DNA of 57,022 nucleotides from a virus: UHGV virus genome UHGV-1526745; one strand, 5' to 3'. Shown piece by piece: positions 27,270 to 35,962 of this stretch (position 1 is its first letter; each line of letters starts with the position of its first letter). The notes under the pieces were generated by a model. It saw only the letters and a program-made list of their open reading frames with translations, ran no database searches and was not told where the DNA came from. The position numbers and the translations under genes were made by a program.

Positions 27270-28784
27270 TTAAAATCCGCGCAGGCGCTTCGGTAACATG
27301 AGGCCCATCGCCTGTGGCTGGCTTAGTTCGGTAATGCCCCATACCATTGCGTCCATACGGTCAGGGGATTTTTTTGCGGTAGCTGGCACGTATTCCATCA
27401 TTTGATTTTCCAGCGTGTACAGCTCACCAGTGTGGGCTACTCTGCCCTGTGCATACAGTGCAGATATTGGTTCAGCGCGGGCGAATTTGCCTTTGCTTGC
27501 GTGTACCTTAACAATGCGGCCTTTGAATCCGGCATTGCGTAGCGTGGCCTCTGCCATTTCACCGCCCTGGTTTGTTTCGATAACTATCGCGTCAGCTTCA
27601 TGGATGTTGTAGGCGTTCATTGCTGCTTGCGCCCAGTCATTAGGTGACATGCGGCCTGAGTAGTCACCGTCTACTGAATACTGAGCATTCTTGCCACCAC
27701 CATAAGCGGAACAGGCTACAATCCCTGTTTCGTCTGACTCATCAGATGATGTTGTCGCCGGGTCGATGGCTATCACCGTGCGAATTTTCTCCTGCGTTAT
27801 CTGCATCATGTGCGCGGCGGTTATCATCGCTTCAGTCCACAATGCGCCCTCTTGATCGAACTTGCGCGGACACTGCATATATTGAGCTTCGAATGTTCGG
27901 CGATGTGATTTAAGAGTTGATTCATCTTTATCACTATGCTTATGCAACCATAGCCAGCCATCCGGCAGGTTGTGAGGAACAGGAATAGCAAATTTGTTTT
28001 CCGGGTACAGATCCCAATAGTCAAGACTGTTGTCGATCTTCACTGGCAGGCAAAGGTGATGCCATTTCTCACCACTACCGCCACGTAACAGGTAGCCGGA
28101 TAAATCATCGTAGTGGATACGCTGCATGATGACGATCACTGGCGTTGTTTGCACAGCCAGGCGCGAAGAAAGCGTGTCGTTGTAATTGGTATTAACCTGC
28201 TTTCGCACCACATCAGAATAAGCGTCAGCTGGTTTCAGGGGGTCATCAATAATCATTGCGCCGTTAAACCCAGGTTCCATGTACCCGGCGCGGAACCCTG
28301 TCACCTGTCCAAGCGATGACGTCGCATACACGCCGCCACCCTGAGTGGTCCACCACAGGTTTTTCGCGTTCGAATCGTTGCGCATTTGCATAGGCCACAA
28401 TTCCTGATATTGCGGCATCGTGATTATGTTTCTTGTCTCTGAGGAATTAAGCAAGGCGAGTCCGTGTGAATACGATACATGCAGGAATCTGGTGCGGGGT
28501 TCTATTGCGAGGCAGCGGGCCATCATGTGAATTGTGGCAATCATTGTTTTGCCATAGCCCGGTGGGATGTTGATTATCAACCTGGTGATTTCACCATTAA
28601 TAACTCGTTGTAGCGTATCGGCAATTATTCTGTGATGACGCCCAACCAAAAAGTCCTTGCCAACCTGTTGCTTATAAAAGTAGGAACTAAAAAACAAAGG
28701 TGCTGATATGTCTTTGGGAGCACAACCTTTAACACACAACCCCCTTAGAACCTCTCTGTCAATCTTTGTCGTCGCAGTCTCCAT
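27270..28784 (-). CDS. terminase large subunit
   Basis: 504-aa ORF; Walker-A-like PPGYGKT; C-terminal nuclease-type region. Confidence 0.8.
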   Translation of the reverse strand: METATTKIDREVLRGLCVKGCAPKDISAPLFFSSYFYKQQVGKDFLVGRHHRIIADTLQRVINGEITRLIINIPPGYGKTMIATIHMMARCLAIEPRTRFLHVSYSHGLALLNSSETRNIITMPQYQELWPMQMRNDSNAKNLWWTTQGGGVYATSSLGQVTGFRAGYMEPGFNGAMIIDDPLKPADAYSDVVRKQVNTNYNDTLSSRLAVQTTPVIVIMQRIHYDDLSGYLLRGGSGEKWHHLCLPVKIDNSLDYWDLYPENKFAIPVPHNLPDGWLWLHKHSDKDESTLKSHRRTFEAQYMQCPRKFDQEGALWTEAMITAAHMMQITQEKIRTVIAIDPATTSSDESDETGIVACSAYGGGKNAQYSVDGDYSGRMSPNDWAQAAMNAYNIHEADAIVIETNQGGEMAEATLRNAGFKGRIVKVHASKGKFARAEPISALYAQGRVAHTGELYTLENQMMEYVPATAKKSPDRMDAMVWGITELSQPQAMGLMLPKRLRGF

Positions 28785-29274
28785 GAGTATTGTACTCCTT
28801 ATTCAGGTTATCGATTATCTCAAGGACAGTAGTCTGATTTACTTCTACCTGGACGGGTGCTTCTTCCTTGTTACCGACGATCTCCTGTGTGACGCGTTCG
28901 CCGTATTTACGCGGTTGCAGTTTTGCCAGTAACCATTTACGAGTTTCAATCATCAGTTGATGGCGGCGGCATTGGTCTTTATCGGTGTTCTCCGCTGCGT
29001 CTGCTATGTCGATAATCTCATCAGCCAATATCTCAAAACCGATCTCCTTCGCGCGCATGTACATGTCCGAGAACTCCGGCACGTCTCTGAACCATTTAAG
29101 GATTGTTGAACGCGCAGGCATATCAGGCATCTTCGAAATTTTGTTAATACTCTGACCGTCCGCCACCAGCTCACAGATTTCTAATGCCTTTTCTTCGGTA
29201 TAACCATGCGGACGGCCCGTCTTTTTGGCTGCTGGCTTTTTATCGTCAGCATTTGCCTTTTTAGTGCGGGCCAT
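28759..29274 (-). CDS. terminase small subunit
   Basis: 171-aa ORF with basic N-terminus and HTH-like segment, overlapping large-subunit start. Confidence 0.55.
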   Translation of the reverse strand: MARTKKANADDKKPAAKKTGRPHGYTEEKALEICELVADGQSINKISKMPDMPARSTILKWFRDVPEFSDMYMRAKEIGFEILADEIIDIADAAENTDKDQCRRHQLMIETRKWLLAKLQPRKYGERVTQEIVGNKEEAPVQVEVNQTTVLEIIDNLNKEYNTHGDCDDKD

Positions 29275-29284
29275 AATTCACCTC

Positions 29285-29428
29285 TTAATCATCTTTACCA
29301 AATCTTAATTTAAATTCATTCATCATCTTTTCTACTTCCTGTTCGGAAAGATAGATGGTTTCATTATTTTCTGCTGAATCAAGTGCCTTTCTTATTTCAT
29401 CTGCTATTTTTAGTTCTTCATCGTTCAT
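29285..29428 (-). CDS. small acidic protein (47 aa)
   Basis: ATG after AGAGGTGA RBS within track ORF 29285..29569; MNDEELKIADEIRKALD... Confidence 0.4.
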   Translation of the reverse strand: MNDEELKIADEIRKALDSAENNETIYLSEQEVEKMMNEFKLRFGKDD

Positions 29429-29439
29429 ATCGTCACCTC

Positions 29440-29523
29440 TTAATATTTGTTGATGATATATACGCAAGCTACAAAACTTGCGCAGTATGTTAAAACTTCC
29501 AACCAGTCGAACAGCTCTTTCAT
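29440..29523 (-). CDS. tiny hydrophobic peptide 9 (27 aa) MKELFDWLEVLTYCASFVACVYIINKY
   Basis: Manual minus-strand translation; AAAGG RBS. Confidence 0.4.
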   Translation of the reverse strand: MKELFDWLEVLTYCASFVACVYIINKY

Positions 29524-29593
29524 TGTTTACCTTTATGCGAAGAAAACGATAACGACTAACAACGTGCATATAGCCATAATTAAGAAGTCACTG

Positions 29594-29668
29594 TCAGACG
29601 TTGATAATCACCCCAATAATAATTAACGCAACGGTACACACGATCAACATAATATCAATAGCATTCAT
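29594..29668 (-). CDS. tiny TM peptide 8 (24 aa) MNAIDIMLIVCTVALIIIGVIINV
   Basis: Manual translation; AGGTGA RBS. Confidence 0.5.
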   Translation of the reverse strand: MNAIDIMLIVCTVALIIIGVIINV

Positions 29669-29676
29669 GCGTTCAC

Positions 29677-29745
29677 CTATTGAGTTAACGCGATCATGGT
29701 AAAAACAATCGCAACGATCAGGAAAAAGAAATCAAGCCATTTCAT
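29677..29745 (-). CDS. tiny TM peptide 7 (22 aa) MKWLDFFFLIVAIVFTMIALTQ
   Basis: Manual translation; ATGA overlap with upstream stop; GGGAGA RBS. Confidence 0.5.
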   Translation of the reverse strand: MKWLDFFFLIVAIVFTMIALTQ

Positions 29746-29822
29746 TTTTTCATCTCCCGGTATACGTCCACAGCAATAACCACAACTACAGCCACCAGCA
29801 ATAGCATCTCATATGCGTTCAT
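29742..29822 (-). CDS. tiny TM peptide 6 (26 aa) MNAYEMLLLVAVVVVIAVDVYREMKK
   Basis: Manual translation; start overlaps end of peptide 5. Confidence 0.45.
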   Translation of the reverse strand: MNAYEMLLLVAVVVVIAVDVYREMKK

Positions 29823-29916
29823 TGACACTACCTATAACCAGACCAATGATGATAATTACGGCTACTACGCAAAACATCATCCCGCACATAATCGCCAGTA
29901 ATTCGAATATATCCAT
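29809..29916 (-). CDS. tiny TM peptide 5 (35 aa) MDIFELLAIMCGMMFCVVAVIIIIGLVIGSVNERI
   Basis: C-terminal part of track ORF 29809..30021; internal ATG after AGGTGA RBS. Confidence 0.5.
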   Translation of the reverse strand: MDIFELLAIMCGMMFCVVAVIIIIGLVIGSVNERI

Positions 29917-29924
29917 GCCGTCAC

Positions 29925-29999
29925 CTATACAACATTCTTCCACCAGAAACAGATAATGACGGCGACCAACGACCACCAGATGAGATCGTAAATATTCAT
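29925..29999 (-). CDS. tiny TM peptide 4 (24 aa) MNIYDLIWWSLVAVIICFWWKNVV
   Basis: Manual translation; GAAGG RBS. Confidence 0.5.
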   Translation of the reverse strand: MNIYDLIWWSLVAVIICFWWKNVV

Positions 30000-30010
30000 G
30001 GTGAATACCT

Positions 30011-30085
30011 TCAGCTTTCAATGAGTATCATGATCGCCAGCCATACAGCGACGCAGACAGAAAGGATAATTAGCGGGTCAATCAT
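30011..30085 (-). CDS. tiny TM peptide 3 (24 aa) MIDPLIILSVCVAVWLAIMILIES
   Basis: Manual translation; GGTGGGGTGA RBS. Confidence 0.5.
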   Translation of the reverse strand: MIDPLIILSVCVAVWLAIMILIES

Positions 30086-30090
30086 ATTTT

Positions 30091-30195
30091 TCACCCCACC
30101 AAATACTTGATATATACGTTTATCAGCGCAACTATAATAGAACCCACAAGAAACACAGAAACGCCGATTAATCCGGCGATGATGTAAGCATCCAT
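30091..30195 (-). CDS. tiny TM peptide 2 (34 aa) MDAYIIAGLIGVSVFLVGSIIVALINVYIKYLVG
   Basis: Manual translation; ATG 4 nt after stop of peptide 1. Confidence 0.5.
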   Translation of the reverse strand: MDAYIIAGLIGVSVFLVGSIIVALINVYIKYLVG

Positions 30196-30199
30196 AATA

Positions 30200-30268
30200 T
30201 CAATGTCCGTATATCAAGATCACAGCGGCAGCTATGCCAACAAATACGCCTAACAGAAAAGTAAACAT
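30200..30268 (-). CDS. tiny TM peptide 1 (22 aa) MFTFLLGVFVGIAAAVILIYGH
   Basis: Manual translation; AGAGGG RBS 5 nt upstream. Confidence 0.5.
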   Translation of the reverse strand: MFTFLLGVFVGIAAAVILIYGH

Positions 30269-30270
30269 AA

Positions 30271-30843
30271 TTACCCTCTCTTAAAGCTCATAACGCGCGG
30301 TACAAGCGCCTCTTTTGCTTTCGGCTTACGTTTGCCTTTCTTAGCTGGTTTTTTCTCTTCTTTCGGCTCCTCTGCCTGTTCTGCTGCATCAGTCGCCTGC
30401 TCTGCCTTTTCTAACGCCTGCTCAACGACTTCAGCCGCCTGCATCGCTGTGATCTGTGCTTCGTTTGATTCAGCCAGGATTGGGAAGAATGCGTCAAAGA
30501 TACGTCCAACCATGTAAGCGTAAGTCTCATTCGCAGGATGAGTAGGATCAGTGGTCGCCACGACGCCTACATCACTTAAAACGTGGAATGTAGTGTGAGC
30601 GCATTCATGGACCAGCGTTCCAGTCTCATTGTTGAATACTGCGATCACGTAGAAATTACCGCCGGTCTCACCAGTACAGGTTAACGTCAGACCGCCAGCT
30701 AGTTCGAAATCAGGTTCGATTGGTATTCCGGCCTTTTCGCAAAATTCATAGAACATCTCGCGGGTCGGGCAAAAGAAAACGGTTGTATGCTCAAAGAGCG
30801 GGACTTTGAATTGAGGCAACTTAATGCCTTTAGCCTTAGCCAT
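30271..30843 (-). CDS. HExxH-motif protein with Lys-rich C-terminal tail (putative zinc metallopeptidase)
   Basis: 190-aa track ORF; HECAHTTFH motif; C-terminus EEKKPAKKGKRKPKAK. Confidence 0.55.
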   Translation of the reverse strand: MAKAKGIKLPQFKVPLFEHTTVFFCPTREMFYEFCEKAGIPIEPDFELAGGLTLTCTGETGGNFYVIAVFNNETGTLVHECAHTTFHVLSDVGVVATTDPTHPANETYAYMVGRIFDAFFPILAESNEAQITAMQAAEVVEQALEKAEQATDAAEQAEEPKEEKKPAKKGKRKPKAKEALVPRVMSFKRG

Positions 30844-31112
30844 CAGAATAATCTCCTGTCTGGTTTGCTTTTACTTCCTGTTTATACAGCGGCAGGAATG
30901 ACATAAAACACTGAGAACGGCGCTTCATCAGTACCGTTTCCAGAATTTTATAAAATTGGTGAATGGCGCTTTCTTCTACCCAGGTAGCGCCCGACCTGTT
31001 AATGGGACTGTTGATCCGGTATTACGTGTTTTTGACTATTCCGCCGTCGCTCGCGGGAAGGATTGACCCGGTTATGGCTGGCTGGCAGAAACGGCGACAC
31101 GTCCACGCGCTG

Positions 31113-31601
31113 TTATTCTTTGCGTAAGCACTGCGTATTGATGTAGTCCTGCAATCCGGTGATCTTCGCGTCTTTTTCTTTTAATTGTTCTCTGAGGGAT
31201 AGATAAGCCGATTCAGCGTCTGGAGTGAGTCTACAGGTGGCTCCATCAATGCGGCTGGCGGTTCCGGTATTGTCGAGCAATCGCACTGGTTCGGCGTTGA
31301 CGTGCAACCGGATAGCGCCGCTATCAATACCAGTGCGCAGATCGGCAATGTCAGATCTGATAGCTTTAATCTCATCGTGATACCTCTTATCAAGTTTTGA
31401 CAGTTCGGCGTTTCGCTCCTTCATCTGCTGAATAGTGTTACTTGCCGTTTTCAGTGCGCCTTTCGTTACCGTGACTTCTTCCTGTAACCTTGCCGCCTCA
31501 CCCTGGTAATAACATGTTACGGCGGTCAGTCCGGCAATAATGCAAACAACAGCGGCGATAATTAACGCCTTCACCTTGTCCACGTTTCCCCCCATTCGCA
31601 A
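31113..31601 (-). CDS. Rz-like i-spanin
   Basis: N-terminal TM helix then coiled-coil; follows endolysin; contains embedded lipoprotein ORF. Confidence 0.7.
   Translation of the reverse strand: MRMGGNVDKVKALIIAAVVCIIAGLTAVTCYYQGEAARLQEEVTVTKGALKTASNTIQQMKERNAELSKLDKRYHDEIKAIRSDIADLRTGIDSGAIRLHVNAEPVRLLDNTGTASRIDGATCRLTPDAESAYLSLREQLKEKDAKITGLQDYINTQCLRKE
31181..31375 (-). CDS. Rz1-like o-spanin (embedded lipoprotein)
   Basis: [24 protein letters not shown] lipobox, Pro-rich, out of frame inside Rz. Confidence 0.6.
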   Translation of the reverse strand: MRLKLSDLTLPICALVLIAALSGCTSTPNQCDCSTIPEPPAALMEPPVDSLQTLNRLIYPSENN

Positions 31602-32062
31602 ACGGCATATTCAACCTCGCGGCGGTTTACCAGGCCTTGCCACTTCTTACCGCCAGCGTATACCCAGCGTTTAAGCTGTGCGCACGCTTCTGATTTCTTG
31701 CCGTCATTGAGTAGTTTTAGTAAGGTTGATGTTTTGAAGTTGGTAGCGCCTACGTTATAGGCGAAGGAATAAAGTGCAGCGCGGGTAAAATCTGATATTT
31801 CGACTTTGATATATGGGTCAATCGCTTTTGCGGTCTTGTGTAGATCTTTATTTAACAAAGCATCGCATTCTGATTGCGTGTAAGTCTTACCAAGCATGAT
31901 GTCTTTTCCGACGTGTCCATAACATATCGTGTAAACACCGATGACATCTCTGTACGGCTTATACTCAACGCCTTCAAGATCTTTTATCATCATCCCCGCA
32001 ATAGCGATCGCCCCACCAGCCGCCGCCGCAATAATCTTATTTTTCAGCGATTGGCTAATCAT
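31571..32062 (-). CDS. SAR endolysin (phage lysozyme with signal-anchor-release domain)
   Basis: Start [25 protein letters not shown]... (Gly/Ala-rich weak TM) then lysozyme-like domain. Confidence 0.8.
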   Translation of the reverse strand: MISQSLKNKIIAAAAGGAIAIAGMMIKDLEGVEYKPYRDVIGVYTICYGHVGKDIMLGKTYTQSECDALLNKDLHKTAKAIDPYIKVEISDFTRAALYSFAYNVGATNFKTSTLLKLLNDGKKSEACAQLKRWVYAGGKKWQGLVNRREVEYAVCEWGETWTR

Positions 32063-32063
32063 G

Positions 32064-32264
32064 TTACTTATTCCCCATTCGCGCGTCGTGTTCCTCTTGC
32101 GCTCGCTTGTTCTCCTGTGATTTGAAGTAATAATTAACGGCAAATGTGCCTACGGTTGATAAGATACCCACAAAGACGGCAATATCATTGATGGTTATCG
32201 CGCCGAAAAAAGCAGTTACGGCCCCAGTCACATACGCACATGCCTCCCGTATTCTGTCGAACAT
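32064..32264 (-). CDS. class II holin (pinholin-like)
   Basis: ~67 aa from internal ATG; two TM segments, charged C-terminus; directly upstream of SAR endolysin. Confidence 0.65.
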   Translation of the reverse strand: MFDRIREACAYVTGAVTAFFGAITINDIAVFVGILSTVGTFAVNYYFKSQENKRAQEEHDARMGNK

Positions 32265-32369
32265 AGATTTACCTCCAACAAAGCAAAAACCCGGCGCGTG
32301 GCCGGGCAATTACAATTTCGCATTGTTAGGAAATATTTTAATCTATTTGTTTTTTATGCGCGATTATGG

Positions 32370-32567
32370 TTACAAATCACCAACCTTGCGCCAGTATCTA
32401 TGATTAACCATCGTGATAACTTCTTTCGCTGTCATAGGTAAAAATGGCTCATGCCACCGATCAAGACTACCGAGGCGCATCAAAACGTGCTCACCTTCGA
32501 GGCGGTAATAAGCTCGCGTAGCCAATGACTGATAAACGCCATCATATTCATGGTCGCTATTTCCCAT
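32370..32567 (-). CDS. hypothetical protein (65 aa)
   Basis: Track ORF in Q-to-holin accessory block. Confidence 0.35.
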   Translation of the reverse strand: MGNSDHEYDGVYQSLATRAYYRLEGEHVLMRLGSLDRWHEPFLPMTAKEVITMVNHRYWRKVGDL

Positions 32568-32799
32568 TTTTACGCTCCTTAATGGCTCGCCTGATTTGCT
32601 CTGCCGTAGCGTCGAAGAAAGCGATAAACACAGTCACAGGCCAAAAAGGAATCTCAAGTCCACCATGTTCGGCACCGCTAAACTTAATAAAACATGACAT
32701 CAGGATCGCGCCAGCGATATAAAGCAAAACAGTCACAGCAATAAGGCATTCAATCATAATCATCGTCCTCGTCGTCATGTTCAGCCATGAAATCATCAA
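32557..32799 (-). CDS. hypothetical membrane protein (80 aa)
   Basis: Track ORF; two hydrophobic segments. Confidence 0.4.
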   Translation of the reverse strand: MMISWLNMTTRTMIMIECLIAVTVLLYIAGAILMSCFIKFSGAEHGGLEIPFWPVTVFIAFFDATAEQIRRAIKERKNGK

Positions 32800-33004
32800 C
32801 GTCGCGGTAAGTTATCGGCGGGATGTATTCGAAATCATCAGAATCAAGACCAAGCGTCCTGCTGTCGCCATCGTCATCAATCGTATTCATCCCTAACTCA
32901 CCGAAAGGACCGTATCCAATGTGGCCCAGGTATTCGCAACCAGTCGTAAAGCCAGGGTATTCACCTTTACACCTGATTTTGTATACCTTATTTGATGCGC
33001 TCAA
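32750..33004 (-). CDS. hypothetical acidic protein (84 aa)
   Basis: Track ORF; C-terminus HDDEDDDYD. Confidence 0.4.
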   Translation of the reverse strand: MSASNKVYKIRCKGEYPGFTTGCEYLGHIGYGPFGELGMNTIDDDGDSRTLGLDSDDFEYIPPITYRDVDDFMAEHDDEDDDYD

Positions 33005-33311
33005 TTTTAATTCCCCCTTCTTCTCCTTCAGTCATTTTATATTCTGCCACTAGTTCAGCTCCAACCAATCCCACATCAGCATTAGCTATGCCAGGGAACG
33101 CCAGATAGGCAAAAATAAGGCTTTTAATTCTATTCAGGTCTTCAAGATGGTCTGCATTAAAAGGCGGTTCAGATACGTGAAAGCATTTAACGTGCGCATC
33201 GTCTTCAGTAGCTACACGGAAACATACGCCACGTTCACCTGCGAATTGTCCAATTTCTTTATCTTCTGGAAAATTGCCACGAAAAACCTTAACGCTGATA
33301 AACTTAGACAT
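32988..33311 (-). CDS. hypothetical protein (107 aa)
   Basis: Track ORF, co-oriented. Confidence 0.4.
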   Translation of the reverse strand: MSKFISVKVFRGNFPEDKEIGQFAGERGVCFRVATEDDAHVKCFHVSEPPFNADHLEDLNRIKSLIFAYLAFPGIANADVGLVGAELVAEYKMTEGEEGGIKIERIK

Positions 33312-33334
33312 TTATTATTCCCCTTCGTAATAAA

Positions 33335-33703
33335 TTAAAACTCCGCACCAGGTAAGCTACGCGCTTTATTTATAACATCTTGTTTTAACAATAATAGTGA
33401 GTGATAATGCATGTTAAACATGCTGCAAAGTGGCGTTTCACTATTTTCTGACTTAATTTTGAATAACTGGTTTGCAGTAAAAATCATGTCGTCGTCTGTT
33501 ATGTATAACCAGTCTCCGCGCTTGCCAACTACAACATGAGATTTTCCCCAACTGTCTTTAAATTCATAATCGCAGAAGGCATCACCTTTAGGCACTTCAA
33601 CAAAACAGCACGCAATGAATTTATCGCTTTTCATGATTAAACCCTTCTGGCTTGATGGGGTCATTTGCCCCACTGGTTCGCATATCTTCCGTGAAAGTAA
33701 CAT
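33335..33703 (-). CDS. hypothetical protein
   Basis: Track ORF; true start may be internal (MKSDKF...). Confidence 0.4.
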   Translation of the reverse strand: MLLSRKICEPVGQMTPSSQKGLIMKSDKFIACCFVEVPKGDAFCDYEFKDSWGKSHVVVGKRGDWLYITDDDMIFTANQLFKIKSENSETPLCSMFNMHYHSLLLLKQDVINKARSLPGAEF

Positions 33704-33706
33704 TAA

Positions 33707-33958
33707 TCAGAAAACACCTTTATAATCGACAGTGTATTTTGCTACTAATTTCCATTCACAATAGTTTTCCATGTCGCGCGGTTGCCAGCCTTTCATGCCT
33801 ACCGCACTCCGCGCACCGTGACGACGATAATCATCGTTATAGTCAGCTATGCACCACGGCTGAAGTACAAACATATAATTGGCCTCGTTAACCAGGATCG
33901 CCATCTGCTTTCCTGTTGCCTTATCTTTCGCCCGGAAATAACTTACCCTGATTTTCAT
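33707..33958 (-). CDS. hypothetical protein (83 aa)
   Basis: Track ORF. Confidence 0.4.
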   Translation of the reverse strand: MKIRVSYFRAKDKATGKQMAILVNEANYMFVLQPWCIADYNDDYRRHGARSAVGMKGWQPRDMENYCEWKLVAKYTVDYKGVF

Positions 33959-34169
33959 TTTTAATTACCTCAATCAACATTTCTTCTTCCAGGTTAGCCG
34001 GACGTTTACGAAATATCCCGGCAAAAACCAGATCGTCGAGTAGGTCTTTACGCTTAAATAACCACTCCTTCATTACCATCCCGTCGTCGCTGCGATATAC
34101 AACGCCGTTTTTCAAAAAATAAAAAGTGTGGGTATTCGTCTGAAGGTATAGATCTTCGTAAACGTCCAT
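33921..34169 (-). CDS. hypothetical protein
   Basis: Internal ATG (MDVYEDLY...) chosen so gene abuts upstream ORF without overlap. Confidence 0.35.
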   Translation of the reverse strand: MDVYEDLYLQTNTHTFYFLKNGVVYRSDDGMVMKEWLFKRKDLLDDLVFAGIFRKRPANLEEEMLIEVIKNENQGKLFPGER

Positions 34170-34173
34170 GATA

Positions 34174-34401
34174 TTAACCCTCGACCACTTGCAGCCCGCG
34201 CCCCTTGTCGCCAACGAAGTCACCCAGGCTGAACGTATACGACCACGCCGGATTGATGTAATGATCATCAGCGCCAGCGGCGATTAAATCAGCACCGTTA
34301 ATCATGCAAGTGACATCATCGCTATGAACGACATTAACGACCTTACCAACAACCTGTTTCAATGACGGATAACCGTGATCGTGCAAGAATTTGACTTTCA
34401 T
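34174..34401 (-). CDS. hypothetical protein (75 aa)
   Basis: Track ORF. Confidence 0.4.
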   Translation of the reverse strand: MKVKFLHDHGYPSLKQVVGKVVNVVHSDDVTCMINGADLIAAGADDHYINPAWSYTFSLGDFVGDKGRGLQVVEG

Positions 34402-34403
34402 CT

Positions 34404-34682
34404 TTACCCCTTATAAGTAACAGCATCAGAGATCAACAACACCGCCAACATCTCACCGTCATGTAACGGATCTGGAATACCAAAAAATATATCGCTTTTA
34501 CTGTCAGGCACTACTACGCGCATATTGCCTTGTTTATCTTCATGTACGAACCACGGCTTTTCGTGTGGCTCAAACATTCCAAAAAGCAATTTAAGATCTA
34601 TCTCTTCACCCTTCGTGAATAACGATACATCCGTTGTAGCGATAACTAACGCTTTCTGATCTGCTGTTTTCTTTGTTCTCAT
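34404..34682 (-). CDS. hypothetical protein (92 aa)
   Basis: Track ORF. Confidence 0.4.
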   Translation of the reverse strand: MRTKKTADQKALVIATTDVSLFTKGEEIDLKLLFGMFEPHEKPWFVHEDKQGNMRVVVPDSKSDIFFGIPDPLHDGEMLAVLLISDAVTYKG

Positions 34683-34957
34683 TCTTCTGTCCCCCAGCGC
34701 TCAATGCTGATTAAAAAGTCCCGGATAGCGTGGCGCTCGTAGCGCGTTGGTTTACGCTTGCGGTATATTTTGAAATCGAACCATTCTTTTTCCTGCTCGA
34801 AATCCAGATCGTAAGCAAGCGCCTCAATGTATCCGCATTCGTGATACTGGTATGCAACGCCAGCACGAACAAAAAAGCGGGTTTTATCCCGCTTGTGCTC
34901 ATAGATACGCATATTTACCCCGTTATGCAGTTGTGTAGCTGTCAACCAGCTTTTCAT
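34679..34957 (-). CDS. hypothetical protein (92 aa)
   Basis: Track ORF, 4-bp overlap with neighbour. Confidence 0.4.
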   Translation of the reverse strand: MKSWLTATQLHNGVNMRIYEHKRDKTRFFVRAGVAYQYHECGYIEALAYDLDFEQEKEWFDFKIYRKRKPTRYERHAIRDFLISIERWGTEE

Positions 34958-35153
34958 CTTTCATTCTGGCAAGCTGGTCGATGTTCATCGTGTAGCCGCC
35001 ATCGGAGAAAAGCAATTCCGCCGCTGCGCGACGAAAAGCAATATCATCGTGGTTGCGTGTCCATGTAGCGATCACAACGCGTTTCCCGTTAGTGGCGAAC
35101 ATAGACAATTCATTATCAACTACGTCGATAGCCTGCCAGATTTTTAGCTCCAT
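34923..35153 (-). CDS. hypothetical protein (76 aa)
   Basis: Track ORF. Confidence 0.4.
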   Translation of the reverse strand: MELKIWQAIDVVDNELSMFATNGKRVVIATWTRNHDDIAFRRAAAELLFSDGGYTMNIDQLARMKDEKLVDSYTTA

Positions 35154-35509
35154 GATTTACCCCCGTAAATTTTGAATAATTCCCGTGCCTCCTGATCTCC
35201 AAATATCTTCATATGCAGGTCATGCAGTCGTCGCATTGTGCGGAAGCGCGGTCTAAATTCCTGACTTCGTTTAATGTATTTACCGCCAATTGAATAAATA
35301 TGCCCGTATGCATACCATCTGTTTCCTACCCATATGTCATATTCTTTGCCTTCGTAATTAAATTTGATTGTTAGCTCCCCGAATTCCATTATTAACCCTT
35401 TGTCGAGGATGTCATTAAGCATTTCGTCCCATTCTTTCAGGAATGGTTGCTGATAAAAACCGAAAAGCGTATTTGCAGCGTGGCAAAGGTAATCAATGAT
35501 TATTTGCAT
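35144..35509 (-). CDS. hypothetical protein (121 aa)
   Basis: Track ORF. Confidence 0.4.
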   Translation of the reverse strand: MQIIIDYLCHAANTLFGFYQQPFLKEWDEMLNDILDKGLIMEFGELTIKFNYEGKEYDIWVGNRWYAYGHIYSIGGKYIKRSQEFRPRFRTMRRLHDLHMKIFGDQEARELFKIYGGKSWS

Positions 35510-35513
35510 ATTA

Positions 35514-35729
35514 TCACCACATCATATAATAAACGTTATCGTTAGCTACTTCGTCGGCTCGTTCTTGTGTTAATAGCGGCGCACTTTCCATAAAAGCATC
35601 AAAATAATGCCACTTATAAACAAGCATACGCGCCCATTTGCGGCGCTGGCGCTTATTGTGTCGCAGATCATCAAAAGCCTTTAACGCTTTGTCATACGCC
35701 CTTACCAGGCGTTTACGGTTACTTTTCAT
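35514..35729 (-). CDS. hypothetical basic protein (71 aa)
   Basis: Track ORF. Confidence 0.4.
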   Translation of the reverse strand: MKSNRKRLVRAYDKALKAFDDLRHNKRQRRKWARMLVYKWHYFDAFMESAPLLTQERADEVANDNVYYMMW

Positions 35730-35934
35730 TTTTCACCCTTCCTATTTCCTTGATCTCAATATTGCGCAACCGGACGTCGCACGGCGTTTCAGATTTACCA
35801 GTAAGCGCCAGCGTCAGGTTTTCAGGTGTCGTGTAAAGAATTATCTCTTTACCAGTGCTAAATTTAATTTCTATGCGGATCTCGTTTTCATCACCGCACA
35901 ATACGCGGCTAATTGACAGGCCAGCTTTTTTCAT
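35719..35934 (-). CDS. hypothetical protein (71 aa)
   Basis: Track ORF. Confidence 0.4.
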   Translation of the reverse strand: MKKAGLSISRVLCGDENEIRIEIKFSTGKEIILYTTPENLTLALTGKSETPCDVRLRNIEIKEIGRVKNEK

Positions 35935-35962
35935 TGCTCAACAAACCTTAAAATCTGTATTG

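Noticed and set aside
29809-30021. 70-aa track ORF spanning the peptide array
   Set aside because: Fuses frames of separate tiny genes; only its C-terminal 35 codons (peptide 5) have an RBS and start
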